Translations under genes and position numbers: made by a program
The notes under the pieces: generated by a model
Database searches by the model: none
What the model saw: only the letters and a program-made list of their open reading frames with translations
What the model was told of the DNA's origin: nothing
NCBI RefSeq assembly: GCF_006345805.1
Contig: NC_043000.1
Coordinates: 120,714,001 to 120,778,000 of the forward strand
Direction: 5' to 3'
DNA from: Octopus sinensis
Lineage: Eukaryota
Length of the DNA: 64,000 nucleotides
Part shown: in pieces, positions 26,413-40,197 of the stretch
How the letters are laid out: each line of letters opens with the position of its first letter
Numbering within the stretch: the first letter of the stretch is position 1

Positions 26413-26591
26413 CTATATGTGTGTGTGTGTGTGTATGTATGTATATATGAATGCATGTATGCGTGTACGTGTACATGTATATTCGTGAAGACACACATAC
26501 ACATATATATATATTCATATATAGATATATAAGCACGGGTATATAAATTCGCTCGCATGCATGCATAGACATGCTCACATAGAAACATTTA

Positions 26592-26638
<47 letters not shown>

Positions 26639-26847
26639 GCATAGGATCATAGAAACATATATATACATATGCGTAAATATATATATATATACACCCTCGC
26701 ACATATATATGCTCATATGTATATGTACTTATATTTATGCTCGCTTACAAGACAAGCATCTATCTATAAACAGATATACATATATACATACATCCTTCAC
26801 CCACACGCACACAAACCACATATATATGTATGTATGAACTTTGTAAG

Positions 26848-26897
<50 letters not shown>

Positions 26898-26900
<3 letters not shown>

Positions 26901-27851
26901 TAAACAGTAAAAATAATTACAGACATGGACAAGAACATGAACCACCACAGAGACGACACAAGAACCACAGGACGGGACATTCGAAGCCCTCAGTCATCAG
27001 TCAAGAACCAGATCATCTTAGCAATTTCGGCTGATTAATCTTGAGATTGCTCCGATATGGCCAGCCCGCCGAGGGAAATCTAAGCCAAGCGCATTAGATC
27101 CCCTGGAAGAAAGCTTCGAATGTATACAACGCGAGGACGGAAAACGAACGAAGTACACAAACAAAAATACAGAATACGTGACATCAATAAGAATACAAAA
27201 ACGTAAAAACAATAACGGTAAAAATAAAAAATAAACAACAAAACAAAACCGGACGTAGGACAAGGGTCTTTCGACAGGACGAGTTGAGTATGGGGCTGGC
27301 TTGTGAAGTTGTGCCTAATGGCCACGGGGAGACGAAAATACGTGTTGCTTCTGCGACTGCTGAAACGAAAAGAGCGCTCAACAGCGGCTAGCGGTCACGT
27401 GAGAACAAAAGACAGGAAAAAGGGACAGATGAAAAGAGAGAGAAGGTGGACGAGGGAGGAGAAAAAAGAGACAGATCGAGGGGGCTGGAGGTGAGAGAGA
27501 TAGAGAAACGTAGAAGGGGGGGAGACGGATGGAGAGGGAAAGAAAGGAAGGGGAATAAGGGAGGAGAGAGAGAGAGAGAAAAAGAGACAGATTAAGAGTC
27601 GTATCAATGCTAGAGAAAAAATATACTTATCGTATAAGGACAATTGTGGATACGTAGCCGCCGATTATATAGGTAAACAGTAAAAATAATTACAGACATG
27701 GACAAGAACATGAAACACCACAGAGACGACACAAGAACCACAGGACGGGATATTCGAAGCCCTCAGTCATCAGTCAAGAACCAGATCATCTTAGCAATTT
27801 CGGCTGATTAATCTTGAGATTGCTCCGATATGGCCAGCCCGCCGAGGGAAA

Positions 27852-27857
<6 letters not shown>
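26898..27857 (-). mobile_element. ~960-bp element with ~185-bp direct terminal repeats, probable PLE pseudo-LTR structure
   Basis: 26898-27083 and 27671-27857 are near-identical. The element is embedded in (TA)n and has no intact ORF. Confidence 0.55.
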
Positions 27858-27890
<33 letters not shown>

Positions 27891-28476
27891 TATCCACAAA
27901 CTTCCATGTAAGAGTACAAATTTAAACAGAAACAAAAAGCAGAAATAAAAACAAGATCTCAAACCCACACGCATATATGTCCACATGACTAGAAATAATG
28001 TAATTTTCTGTTGCTATGCCCGTACAATCAGTCAAATCTGTGCCTTATTGGATTTTGTATAATAGTATTTAAGAATGAATATTGAATTCCTCTCGTTATG
28101 TATTTGTTTATTGATTCTTACTGCAGCTTTCTGGTTCCATCATACATCTCACAAAATCCATGCTTATATATGTATATGCATGTATATCTTTGTGTAGACA
28201 TAGCTATCAAAATACTTATATATATATATGAACTCATAGATTGCTTTATAAACTTATACCGCTGCGCTGTACGCATGCATTTATATGTGTATGCCTATGT
28301 TCTTCTCTCTTTTCCCTTCTTACACAATTAGGTTCCAAATATTATATAACTCCAAGAAGATAAAATATAACATGTAACATAATTGAGATCTTTCTAACAT
28401 CTAATTTGCCGTTGGTTGTCTCATGAATCTTATCAAGATTTTGAATATTTGAAATTTATGTACACACACCCATTTA

Positions 28477-28622
28477 TATATTTTGTATATATATACTTTG
28501 TATATATATACTTTGTATATATATATTTTGTATATATATACTTTGTATATATATACTTTGTATATATATATTTTGTATATATATACTTTGTATATATATA
28601 CTTTGTATATATATACTTTGTA
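28477..28622. repeat. 15-bp minisatellite (CTTTGTATATATATA), ~9-10 copies
   Basis: Directly visible; it yields the FVYIY pseudo-peptide in the ORF track. Confidence 0.9.
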
Positions 28623-28934
28623 TGTCTATCTATTTATCTAGCTATAAAGACACCCATATCTTTTTAAGCAAATATGTATATCCATACAATTCCATGCAGC
28701 AGTACAATTGCTAGCAAAAACAGGGAGCACAAATGAAGCCGCACTGGCACAAACACACACACATATACAACTAACTGACTAGGAATAATACAATTTTGGA
28801 AAGCTATGTCTATACATTCAGTCTAATCTATAAAGGTTAAAGATGGTAATGAAAGTATAACTTTGTTCCTTCGTTACGATCGTTTCAATAATCCAGGGCT
28901 CAGATATTTCTAAGATATACACACTTGTATAAAA

Positions 28935-29640
28935 TTGGTGCCAAATTACTGCATAAGGCCAGTAATTTCGAGGATGGGATAAAGTCGATTACATCAACCC
29001 TAGAATTCAACTGGTGCTTATTTTTATTGACTCCCAAAAGGAGGAAAATTGAAGTCGACTCCGACGTAATTTGAACGCAGAACGTAAAGACGGACGTAAT
29101 GACGTTCAGCATTTTGTTCAGCGTGCTAAAGATTCTTATTTCCTTATTGTCCACAAGTGGTTAAACATAGAGGGGGAAAACAAGGACCAGCAAAAGGATT
29201 AAGTCGATTGCATCAACTCCAGTGCGTAACTGGTACTTAATTTATCGACCCCGAAAGGATGAAATGCAAAGTCGACCTCGGCGGAATTTGAACTCAGCAC
29301 GGAAAGACAGACGAAATACTGCTAAGCATTTCGTCCGGCCTGCTAACGTTTCTGCCGGCTCGCCGCCTTCTAAATATTTAGCAGTGTGCAAAAGACTCGG
29401 AAAGCTCACTGACATAGTTGCCTGTAAATTATTGGCTTCAAATTTTGGCACAAGTTTAGCAATACTTGGGGAAGTTGTAAGTCGATTTCGTCGACCACAG
29501 TGATCAGCTGGTGCTTATTTTATCGACCCGGAAAGATAAATGGCAAATTTGACTTTGACAGAATTTGAACATAAACACGGGCGAAAAGCAGCTAAGCATT
29601 TTCTCTGGTGAGGTAACGATTCTATCAGATCGCCGCTTTA
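28935..29640 (-). mobile_element. Cluster of three SINE family A copies
   Basis: Family A cores at ~28980, ~29200 and ~29480. Confidence 0.8.
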
Positions 29641-29805
29641 AATGATATGATACATGTGAACCATGTACATCGCATCAGAAAAAGATGAAAAAGGAATACA
29701 AATTAAGACTACGGAGGAAGCGGTTAGCTTATGTAAGAGTGGTATATAGAAATAAGATTAGCCAGCGTCGAAGACAGTCTGAAAAGAGCCAAATGAACGA
29801 GCGGT

Positions 29806-29854
29806 CTTAACTGATGAGGCAACAGAAATCGCCGAAACTGGCGTCAGTATTGAG
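29806..29854 (+). ncRNA. Type I hammerhead-like motif with canonical core
   Basis: CTGATGA-GGC..GCC-GAA-AC tggc GT-C (GUC triplet). Stem I is damaged, pairing CTTAA/TTGAG only after a 4-nt offset. Confidence 0.5.
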
Positions 29855-29983
29855 AATTGTGGAACAATTAATTACAGCAGTTGTGCGGTTTAGCTCTTAT
29901 TTCTAGCAATGAAGGTGTTTCCTAACACCCTTGTCTCTCAATCTCTCTCAGACACACACGCATACACATACATACACACACGA

Positions 29984-30030
<47 letters not shown>

Positions 30031-30790
30031 TTAGATTGTTGTTGCCTATTATAAAAGTTAATTATGATTGCTATCAAGTTAAAAATTCCTTTTGGATTTC
30101 TTTCTGCATGTCTGTCCCACGCAATTTTCCTTCGTGTATGTGTGCACGCGCGCAAGCGTAAGTGTGTTTCTATTTCGCTTTCTCTGAGAAATCCGTTATG
30201 GCCACAGGTCAACAAATAGTGTTTCACCCAAAACACTGCCTGTCACTAAGGTGTTCCAGTGACACTATAGCAATTGAGGGCCAAAGGCAAGACATTCTGC
30301 CGAATATGATGCAATAACCTAATTGTGTCGTCGATTCCCTGACAAAATATCTGATTGAATAATAGGAAACAAGCTTATGTCATTATTCATTTATTTAATA
30401 ATTCAGTTATTTATTTATTTTGCAGCACAAACTGCCTTTCGTATTCCAATATACAATAATGTAGCTAATATCATTAACCGTTCTGTCTATTGGTAATTAA
30501 ATAGAAAGGTTGTTGGATGTCTGCAGCTATTTCTTTATCGTTTACGATTCTCAGATTCTTTTTTTTTCCTTCTCCGATAAAGAATAATCGTAACAAAAGT
30601 TATTACCATTAATGAATTTATTATTGAGCATATTAACTAAATAAATAACATCCAACCGCCATCGAAGATCTAGCCGAAAATACTGTCTTTTCGAGTATGT
30701 TTTTGTTAGGCACAATACGTTCCTAGCCGAACAGTAAATGTATTTTTGGAAGTAATGGTTGTATGCATGTAATATATGTATATATATATA

Positions 30791-30878
<88 letters not shown>

Positions 30879-31900
30879 GTGTGTATGTACGTATTTATGT
30901 ATGTATGTACGTATTTATGTATGTATGAACGTATGTATGTATGTAGGTATATATATATACATATATATACATACATATATATACTCATACACATATTTAT
31001 ACATATATGCATATATGTGTATACACAAACACACATATATGCATATATATATATATATATAAATACATACATGCATACTTACACACACACACACGCACAC
31101 ACACACATACACACATTACATTTATTATTACTTATGTACATTCCGACAGGTAGTCATGGACAATCACATTCACTCACACACATCCTACGTAGTTGCCATT
31201 CACCGAGAGAGTTAGCATAATAATAATCAGACGAATCAATATCAATTTACAACGCTGCATAACAAAAGTACAGTTTCATTGTTCAAGAATTATTTTTACT
31301 CTGAATTATGCTGTAATTAGAACAATTCTAACGGCGTTGACTCGTTGTTAATATCCTTAGGAATGAACGACGATTGCTTTGCATATTCAAATACATAATG
31401 GCGCTTTTCAATGCGTTCCACGTGGTCCCATTATTCATTCGATCATGCTACGACAATAAGCATTAATTATGTTAGACTTGGTTGGATCAATACTCGGTCG
31501 TATGGATTAGTCACTCTATTTAAGTTCGAGTGAATATCCGGAGATTTCGCTTCTGAATTGTGCTGGAGATGATCACTTTCTTGCAGCTCTCCAGATATTT
31601 CTCCATTCTCAGGTTTTGTTTAAAAGAAAGTTGAAGTAAAAGTTGTCTTTTGTATATTTTTCTTCTGTTTTCTTTTTACTGTCACAATCTTCACGTCTTC
31701 GTGATTTATTCGACTGTAGGCAGACGACGAAATGAAAGTTATTTCAAAAGATTTGTGTGTGTGTGTGTGTGTTTGTGTGTGAGCGTGTTTGTATGTGTGC
31801 GTGAGTGCGCGTGCGTACGTATGTATCTATACATGCGCATATATATACATACATATTCATACATACACCTCATATATATATGTATATGCATATGTACATA

Positions 31901-31950
<50 letters not shown>

Positions 31951-32023
31951 CATGGCTGTGTGTGTATGTGTGTGTGTGGTATGATTATATATATATATAT
32001 ATATACAGCCGTGGAATAAATAA

Positions 32024-32064
<41 letters not shown>

Positions 32065-32724
32065 TATATGAAGGATATATTTATATACATATACATACAT
32101 ATTGTGTGTGTACTTAAATACATTTACGCAAATAAATATATGTACATATATATACATAGATCGATGAATAGATAGATAGATACATGCATACATACACATA
32201 TACATACATATACGGATACATATTTACACATGTTCACATTTGCATATAAAGAGACATACGTAAATATATATACACAGCCAGGCTCACACAAACATGTACT
32301 CATAAGCACAATCGGTCTCTCGTTAAATGTATTCCACGATGAAGCAGCTGCTTCATCGGGGAATATTTATATAGTAAGAATCTAGGAAAGCGAATAACTT
32401 TTTGCATAGTGATTAAGAGCCGAACACCCTGCACCCGTTCTCTCAAGCATACACAATACACCCAGTGACAAAATGATGTCGAGAAAGCGGGAGCCTTTAC
32501 AAGAACAGCAGGATGTTAGCAATGTGACTGAAAATTTCTCCACATCTGGCTGCAGAATCAAACTTAGTGTTTAGCACCAGCCATAAATTGTCAAGCCAAA
32601 TGTTTCTGCCTCTATGTCAACCTGATATGTTTCCTCACACTTTAGTAGCCCTCGTCAACCTGCCGTCGTCCACTTTTAAGTTGTGGGGTTGAACTTTAAG
32701 GATCTCATCCATTCCACAATTATT

Positions 32725-33080
32725 TTATTATTTAGCGCCCTTTTCAAGCCTAGCCAGGCTCATGGGCCCGGTTTCCCAGTTTCTATGGCGCGTGCGTTCC
32801 CCAAGCTAGACAGGACGCCAGTCCATCGCAAAATGTTCCTTCTCGATCCATGCCAAGCTCATAAGGGCCGGTTTCCCGGTTTCAGTGGCGTAGAAATTCA
32901 CCACCTGGACGGGACACCGGTCTGTCGCGGGATTGCTCATTTTTGCCAGCTGAGTGAACTAGAGGAGCGTGAAAATGAAGTGTTTTGCTCAAGAACACGA
33001 CGCATCGCTCGGTCGAGGAATCGAAACCACAACCTTACGATCATGAGTTCAACACCCCAACCACTAAGCCACGCACCTCC
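32725..33080 (-). mobile_element. SINE family C with duplicated tail segment
   Basis: Head GGAGGTGCGTGGCTTAGTGGTT..GGTTTCGATTCC and V-like block GTGTTCTTGAGCAAAACACTT. The GCTCAT..GG.CCGGTTTCCC.GTTTC segment occurs twice. Confidence 0.75.
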
Positions 33081-33309
33081 ATTCCACAATTAGATGAGCT
33101 GTAAATATGCTACACGTCATACATTTATGTGTCTAGAAACTTGCATGTAGAGCGTATGTTGAACCCGCAGGATATCCAAAATTTCCATTCTCCACAGAAT
33201 CTCTGATGAACTTTTCAGAGTAGTTATAGACGACTCGACCGAGCAGCAATCTGTACAGTGTTACATGTTACTGGTAGTGTCCACAAGTGACAGCATATAC
33301 GGTATTTTC

Positions 33310-33727
33310 TTTTAAACGTTTTAGTCATTTGACTAAGGCCATGCTGGAGTACCAACTTTGGTCGAAGAAATTGACCCCAGGACTTATTTTTTGTAAGCCT
33401 AGTACTAATTCTATCGGCCTCTTTTACCGAACCGTTACGTCTCGAGGACATAAACACACCAGCATTGGTTGTCAAGTTATGATGGGTGGGGACAGACACA
33501 AACGCAAAGATACACACACACACGCACACACATATATATATACATATACATACATATGGATATATACACACGACGGGCATCTTTCAGTTTCCTTCTACCA
33601 AATCCACTCACAAGTCTTTGGTCAGGTCGAGCTACAGTAGAAGGCACTAGCCTAAGGTGTCAAGCAGTGGAATCGAACCTGGAACGATGTGGTTGGGAAG
33701 CAGGCTTCTTATCACACAGTCACTCCT

Positions 33728-33731
<4 letters not shown>
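33310..33731 (-). mobile_element. SINE family B, diverged
   Basis: Family B head, CORE-like segment and tail on the minus strand. Confidence 0.8.
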
Positions 33732-33813
<82 letters not shown>

Positions 33814-34476
33814 GTGTGTGTGTGTGCATGTGTGTGTGCGTGCGCAGACAAACACACAGAGACGGAACACACGAACAAACTTAAGAAATTATTACTTTTA
33901 AATTCTAGTGTTTTAATTGCTGTTAATTTTGATTAATACTTAAAAATAGATGTTCTAAATAATACAATATGTAAAGAAATATTTTCATCTTACGTAAAAT
34001 TTTGGTTACATGTTGAAAAACCATTTGATCAATTTTCATCAACAACAAGCCATAGCTATTTGTTATAAATGTTATGGTGAGGCGAGATAAGGCGATAAAA
34101 TATAGTTATGGAAAGAAATAACCGATAAATACATAAAAATGAGAATATAATAAACGCTTATAGATATTGGATGTATATATTGACAAAAATGAAGTTAGGA
34201 ACAAAATATAATTATCATTACATCGAAACTGTGAGAAAAGTACTAACGAGTGTTTGAAACATGTATATTTTCTGGTAAGGACAATGAAAAAGCAACTAAG
34301 TTGCGTTCGTGATCCGATCTACAATTCCATGTTACGGTATAACATTTTGGAAGATTATTAAAGACTAACAAATACGAAGCATATAAGATCTTAATTTTAG
34401 CCCTTAAGTATTTTAGAAAAGGTAAGCTGACAGAAGCATCTATCTCAGTTTAATCAATTTGATATTGCTAATGCTA

Positions 34477-34924
34477 TCAATATCTATAAAGCTGAAATGC
34501 GAAAAAGTTGTGTGATTTCTTGCTTATTTGTCTCATTCTAAGATGGGAAAGGTTTAAGGGGCGGTAGATGGGGTCGGATTGGCGCCAAAATTTAAACTGG
34601 AGGTAAAATGGGGTGGGCAATGGTGTGAGGAAGGTTGCAAGTCGCTCGGGGCTACCGTTTGGTTGCCATGGTGGGGAATATGGGAAAAATGAAGTTTTAT
34701 GGGATAGACAGGTTGCGCTGTTTGAATAACGGTGGCTTTTCGTGTTGCTGCAGGGGCTAGGGGCGGTTATCCTTAATTGTGGGTGTAAAACTTTGGGGAA
34801 TTTTGGAAAAGTGGGGGGGGGGATTTTCAACTTTTAGAAAGAGTACATTTTTGCCCTATTTTTAGATTTGAACAAAACAACACCACCATCAAAACCCGAG
34901 CGAAGCACAGGTCCAAATAGCTAG
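34477..34924 (+). mobile_element. Non-autonomous Helitron-like element
   Basis: Starts A|TC (TCAATATCTATAAAGCTGAA) and ends CTAG|T, with an imperfect subterminal hairpin ACCCGAGCGAAGCACAGGT. The interior is G-rich, unlike the flanks. Confidence 0.6.
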
Positions 34925-36337
34925 TCACTCTTATATTACGAATTTACTATTGTTATTTTTATTCCTCCATTTTTTTCTTTCCGCATACAATATTTCATCT
35001 TTCCACATACAATCACGGTGACCCGTGAATACGTCATAAAGGTAATTATTTTCGCAAGGAAAAAATTGTTCTTATTCTTCCATAATTTTTACCTGAGCGA
35101 AAAAAAAGAGACAAATTATTCGATGTGTACGTCGTGTTGCATATAATAAAACTTTATTGTTTGAAATTACGGTTATATAAAACTTAACCTTCAATAAAAC
35201 ACTTTGTGCTGGAAAAATGTATTGAAACAATAGCGTAATAGTCCCGCAATTCATGAATAGACACAACTGTGAACAGTGACAAAATATCTAATGAATATAT
35301 TTAGTAACATAATTTTATGTGTTACAGAAGATAGCACCATATTTACGATTGATTTTCAGGTATTACTTTTAAGAACTTAGCGACAAAGAAATTTACTCGT
35401 TACGATATGCTTAACTAAATGTATTCTATATAAATAAAGTGCCCGGGTATTGACTGGTTATTTATGTAATTATATTATGATTAGTAGACATATACCATCA
35501 TCCTCTTCAGATAAAATCAAGTTCCATTTATCTCTAATTATTAGACAGTTACACTACAAAATGGTGGATTTGAGGAGGAAATAAAGTATTAGCCTACATT
35601 TAATGACAAAAATAGAAAACGAGAGCCATATAGTATAATTTCATTATAATGTAAGAGTGACAGCAAACATAGATGAAGAATTTCTTGATTAAATATTGCC
35701 CCATTTTGTAAGGAACCACAAATTGCTGTTAAGGAATTTTAAGAGGAATTTGATTAAGACAGTACAGTTATCATTAATCAAATTTCTGCGAAAGATTTCT
35801 AAGTTCCATTAGAATGTACAATGATAACTGATTTTCTAATAAAATTAATTCGTGTCCTGCGTCTACGTCTCAGTGTGACAGTCGTAACCATTTCCTGCTG
35901 GATGGGGAATATTTGGTAAATTGTAATCAAATACACCTGGACAGTAGCTCTAAGCCGTAGTAGTGCAAATGTAATAACAGACATTACTTTATCAGCACAA
36001 CCTACATTTATTAATTGAAGAAGAAAATTCCCCACAAGATTTTCAAAGTATATTTGGTTTCTGAGATACAAAATTAACATAGATTTATCATCATCTGGTT
36101 GGTGCTATAATTTTTTCCATGTGGAGACTGGAAAAATTTCAAACAAACTCAGCTACTAATTTTGTTTGTAAGATATAATTTACTCCAAAATTCGTAAGGT
36201 AATTATTTAGGCAATCATGGCCTAAATAGAATTTCTTACGTTATCAGCCCCACCAAGAGTATAATGTCAATAAACAACTAGAACTTGTCTGAAGCCCTTT
36301 TGTAATGTTTACTTTGTTTATATATATATATATATAG

Positions 36338-36550
36338 AAATTAAGTAACAAGAATGTCCATGTATTAGTGCACTACGGTCGTTTCAAGCGGCTCCATTTA
36401 ATTGAGCAATGCAGACATTACATCGATTTGGAATAAACAACTCTCCTTGGACGTAATGTTTGATGTAATATTTACATTGGTCGATTAAATGGAGCCAATT
36501 GAAACGGCCGTAATGCACTAATACCTGGACGCCCTTGTTACCTATTTTCT
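36338..36550. repeat. Foldback of probable PLE terminus
   Basis: GTATTAGTGCACTACGGTCGTTTCAA..GGCTCCATTTAAT is mirrored by ATTAAATGGAGCC..TTGAAACGGCCGTAATGCACTAATAC. It contains the HHR 3' half GAAACGGCCGTA. Confidence 0.75.
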
Positions 36551-36813
36551 TTCTTTTCACATAAATTCGAGCTGTGCAGACAATACTGGACATACTTAGT
36601 GCCTCAAAATAAGTACCTAATTCAACTGAAACTTAATATATATATATATGCATATATATATATATATATTATATATATATATATATAATATATATATATA
36701 TGTGTATATGTATATATATATGCAAATAAGTAACAAGGTTGTCCAGGTATCAATACCCTTAGATATTATGTAACATCTCCATTTTCTTCTTTTTTCCATA
36801 TATATATATATAT

Positions 36814-36859
<46 letters not shown>

Positions 36860-36889
36860 CAGATATAGGGTGAAATATAATTGATTTAA

Positions 36890-37915
36890 TAATTCCTGGA
36901 CGATTGTTTTAGACTCTGGAATGAAAACACAGATAAACTCCTAAAATTTAAAAACCTATTGAACAGCATAAACCCACCCAAATATACAGTTCACTATTGA
37001 ATACAACCAAAAGGAGCTCCCATTCTTGGATATACTAATTAAAAAAAGTAACCTTAAAATAGAAACAGACATTTTTTACAAAGCCACAGACGCCAAACAA
37101 TACCTTCTTTTTAATTCATGCCACCCAAGACACACTAAAACAAACACCCCCTTCAACCTTGCAAGAAGGATATGCACAATAGTGTCAGAACAAAATACCA
37201 GGAACTTTAGACTGCAAAAACTCAAAAACACCCTAATTGACAGGCATTACCCAGCTCAACTCATAGAGGATGGGATCAGACGTGCAACAGAAATCAACAT
37301 AGAAACTTTAAGAAAAGTTCAACACAACAACACACCTTCCCCGAAAATACTACCTTACATATCCACATACAACCCCAGAAACAAAGAAGCCTTCACCATC
37401 ATCACCCAGAATTTACCAATACTTCATAAGGACCCCAAATTAAAGGAAATTCTAAACATACACCAAATCATTAAAAGCTACAAACAACCTAAATCACTTA
37501 AAAAGATTCCCACAAAGGCAAATTTTTTTTCTGAAATTACAGATGCAAAAGTAAAAAAATGTGGTAGAGAAATTCACTCCAAAGGAAAGATAAAAAATTT
37601 TAAGCGATTATCTCCTTTACACCGGAAGAAATCACTTATTACCTCCCCTTATTTGGAACTCTTCTCAACATAAACATAACGATAACTCTTCGCAACGTAA
37701 ACATAACGATGTAAGAAATTTGAAAAGCTGAACGCGAAACCGGTCATTTCTTCTACACTATGTCATTGTAAGAAAAAAATTGATAACATTCTTCAGACAT
37801 ATTGACTCAAATATATATTTTTTAACCTTTTAAAACAAGCCTTTTGTAGTTTTTTCACTTTTTACTATTTTCTATATATTCAACCACGTGCTTTCACAAA
37901 CCAACTTTCTCATCT
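36890..37915 (+). mobile_element. Penelope-like element remnant (Neptune-like): RT C-terminus/thumb, GIY-YIG region deleted, 3' terminal region
   Basis: FLDDCFRLW, PNIQFTIE..ELPFLDILI, TDIFYKATD.KQYL.FNSCHP.H, DRHYP, LPYISTYNP. Homology stops at VKKCGR, the start of the Cys-rich linker. Confidence 0.88.
37713..37752 (+). ncRNA. Minimal type I hammerhead-like motif (U3-A8) downstream of the PLE ORF
   Basis: AAGAAAT-TTGAAAA-GC tgaac GC-GAA-ACCGGT-C-ATTTCTT, with a 7-bp stem I, palindromic stem III and GUC triplet. Confidence 0.6.
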
Positions 37916-37936
37916 ATATATATATATATATATATA

Positions 37937-38135
37937 TAGGGAGCGTGTACGAAAAAAACAAAAGACGAAGACAGGTGGTGTACAAAACAAACATATGTAT
38001 TAGTATAACGCTCAGGAATAGAAAAAGTCTTTTACGTTTCGAGCCTACGCTTTTCTACAGAAAGGGACACAGAAAAAACAAGGAGAGAATCAAGGAGAGA
38101 AAAAAAATGTGTGTAGTGGCTAACGATCTATCATA
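37937..38135 (-). mobile_element. Short (TA)n-anchored element with A6U HHR-like motif (38029-38064)
   Basis: Same family as 26236-26372, 43400-43513, 43975-44070, 44785-45180 and 52585-52700. Confidence 0.65.
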
Positions 38136-39009
38136 TACATGTGTGTGTATATTCGAGTATATATATATATATATATACATACGAATTTACACACACACAT
38201 ACAAGCATACACACACTCTCTTTCTCTGTCTCTCTGCCTCTCTTTCTTTCTCTCTCCCTCACATAATATCCTATCATGATATTTCATTTAAATCATTTTA
38301 TCTACGTGTGATGGTTTTCCTGCAACGATACAAAGAGTATGGAAATCTTCCATTACTTTATGGTGGAGTGAAGTTCCTTTCTTCTTTCTATATCGCCCTT
38401 TGTACTTTACTAGACAAATTCATAACCCATTTTCTCCTCGACATAAAACACGAATTATTTTACAGTTGATCAAGATTTATTTTCACGTTCTGCACCTAGA
38501 TTATGTTTTATTTTGGCAACCGACGATATTAAATTGGCATAAATATGAAAGCATTGAACTGAATATCGTGTGATATTTCGTTTTGTCTCTCAAAACAAAT
38601 GCGTTCAAATTCTTCCAAAGTTAGACTTTACCTTTTATATAAAAGTTTAAACAGCTATGAGTCATGTGTTGGAGTTGATTCAAATGACTTTGATATATAA
38701 GCCACAATTGTTTAAACTGTTGTTGTTCTTGCTTCTGTGATAAACATTAATAAAAGTACGAATGGGTGATTTTAAATACATATATCTTACTGCGAATTTC
38801 AGTGGTGATTATAAGTACGCAAGTGGCTGGTATCTTGAAGGACCCACGTTTTGAATATTGCTGTCAAAACGAGCATATGTGGAGATGATACTTTTGTCGG
38901 TGACTCTTCTATAAAAGTCTGAAGATAGTTGACAACGGTTGATAATCAATGTTGCATGAATGGTTATGATAATTTTAAATGTCTGTGTTACCGTGTGAAA
39001 TTTATAAAT

Positions 39010-39415
39010 TCTTTTACTCTATTACTTGTTTCAGTCACTTGACTGCGGCTATACTGGAGTACCGCTTTTAGTCGAACAAATCGATCCTGGTACTTACTCT
39101 TTGTAAACTAGTAATTATTCTATCGGTCTCTTTTTCCGAACCGCTAAGTTACGGGGACGTAAAGACACCAAAAGCGGTTGTCAAGCGATGTCGGGAGGAC
39201 AAACACAGACCCCCAAATATATAAACGCACATACACATATATATGCATATATACGACGGGCTTCTTTCAGTTTCCGTCTACGAAGTTCACTGACAAGGTT
39301 TTGGTAGGCCCGAGGCTATATTAGAAGACACTTGCCTAAGGTGCCACGCAGTGGAAGTTAACCCGGAGCCATGTGTTTGGTAAGGAACCTACTTACCACA
39401 CAGCCATTCCTGTGC
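39010..39415 (-). mobile_element. SINE family B, full length
   Basis: Family B head, CORE-like segment and tail on the minus strand. Confidence 0.85.
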
Positions 39416-39763
39416 CATATCTGATATACTGAATATACTTTCGGAAAAAATCCATGCATATTAGGTCTAGGGCTGAATAAATGTATATGTGAACTTTATT
39501 TGCCTAACTTTGATTCTTTCTTGTACATTATTCTAACGCCTGAGGTTTAACATACATACATACATACATACATACATACATACATACATGCACGTCCATG
39601 AAGTTGATAGCCTCTAGATTCTAAAGAAGAGATTCTCTCCGGAGTAGAAAAACCAATTCGTTATTTGTGAGAAATTCTAAAAATGAAATCAAAATATAAA
39701 TACATATAGATACATATATATATATACATACATACATATATATATATACATACATACATACAT

Positions 39764-39808
<45 letters not shown>

Positions 39809-40141
39809 TACATACATTACAGCTTTTACAAATTCTCTGTCTTGCATAGAATTTATCATTATCCAATATATCATTTATATGTCATACAAAATGCAGGATA
39901 TATATTAATCTGCTCAAGGCCCTGGAGATGTCAAAAGTTCGGTCCTTGGTGAAAGAAGGCAAACTCATATTTCAATAGCGATTGATCGCAGTATCGATCA
40001 CAATTAGTCGAAGCAAGACTGTTTCTTAAGAGAAGTTCATGCGACTGATCATAGCATGGGCTTTGAAATAAGATGTTATCACAATCGTGTTATTGTTTTG
40101 TCTTCATACATACATACATACATACATACATACATCCATAC

Positions 40142-40197
<56 letters not shown>

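Noticed and set aside
33196-33222. CTGATGA word as another hammerhead (also CTGACGA near 50752 and 57927)
   Set aside because: No stem II-GAAA-stem III arrangement follows.
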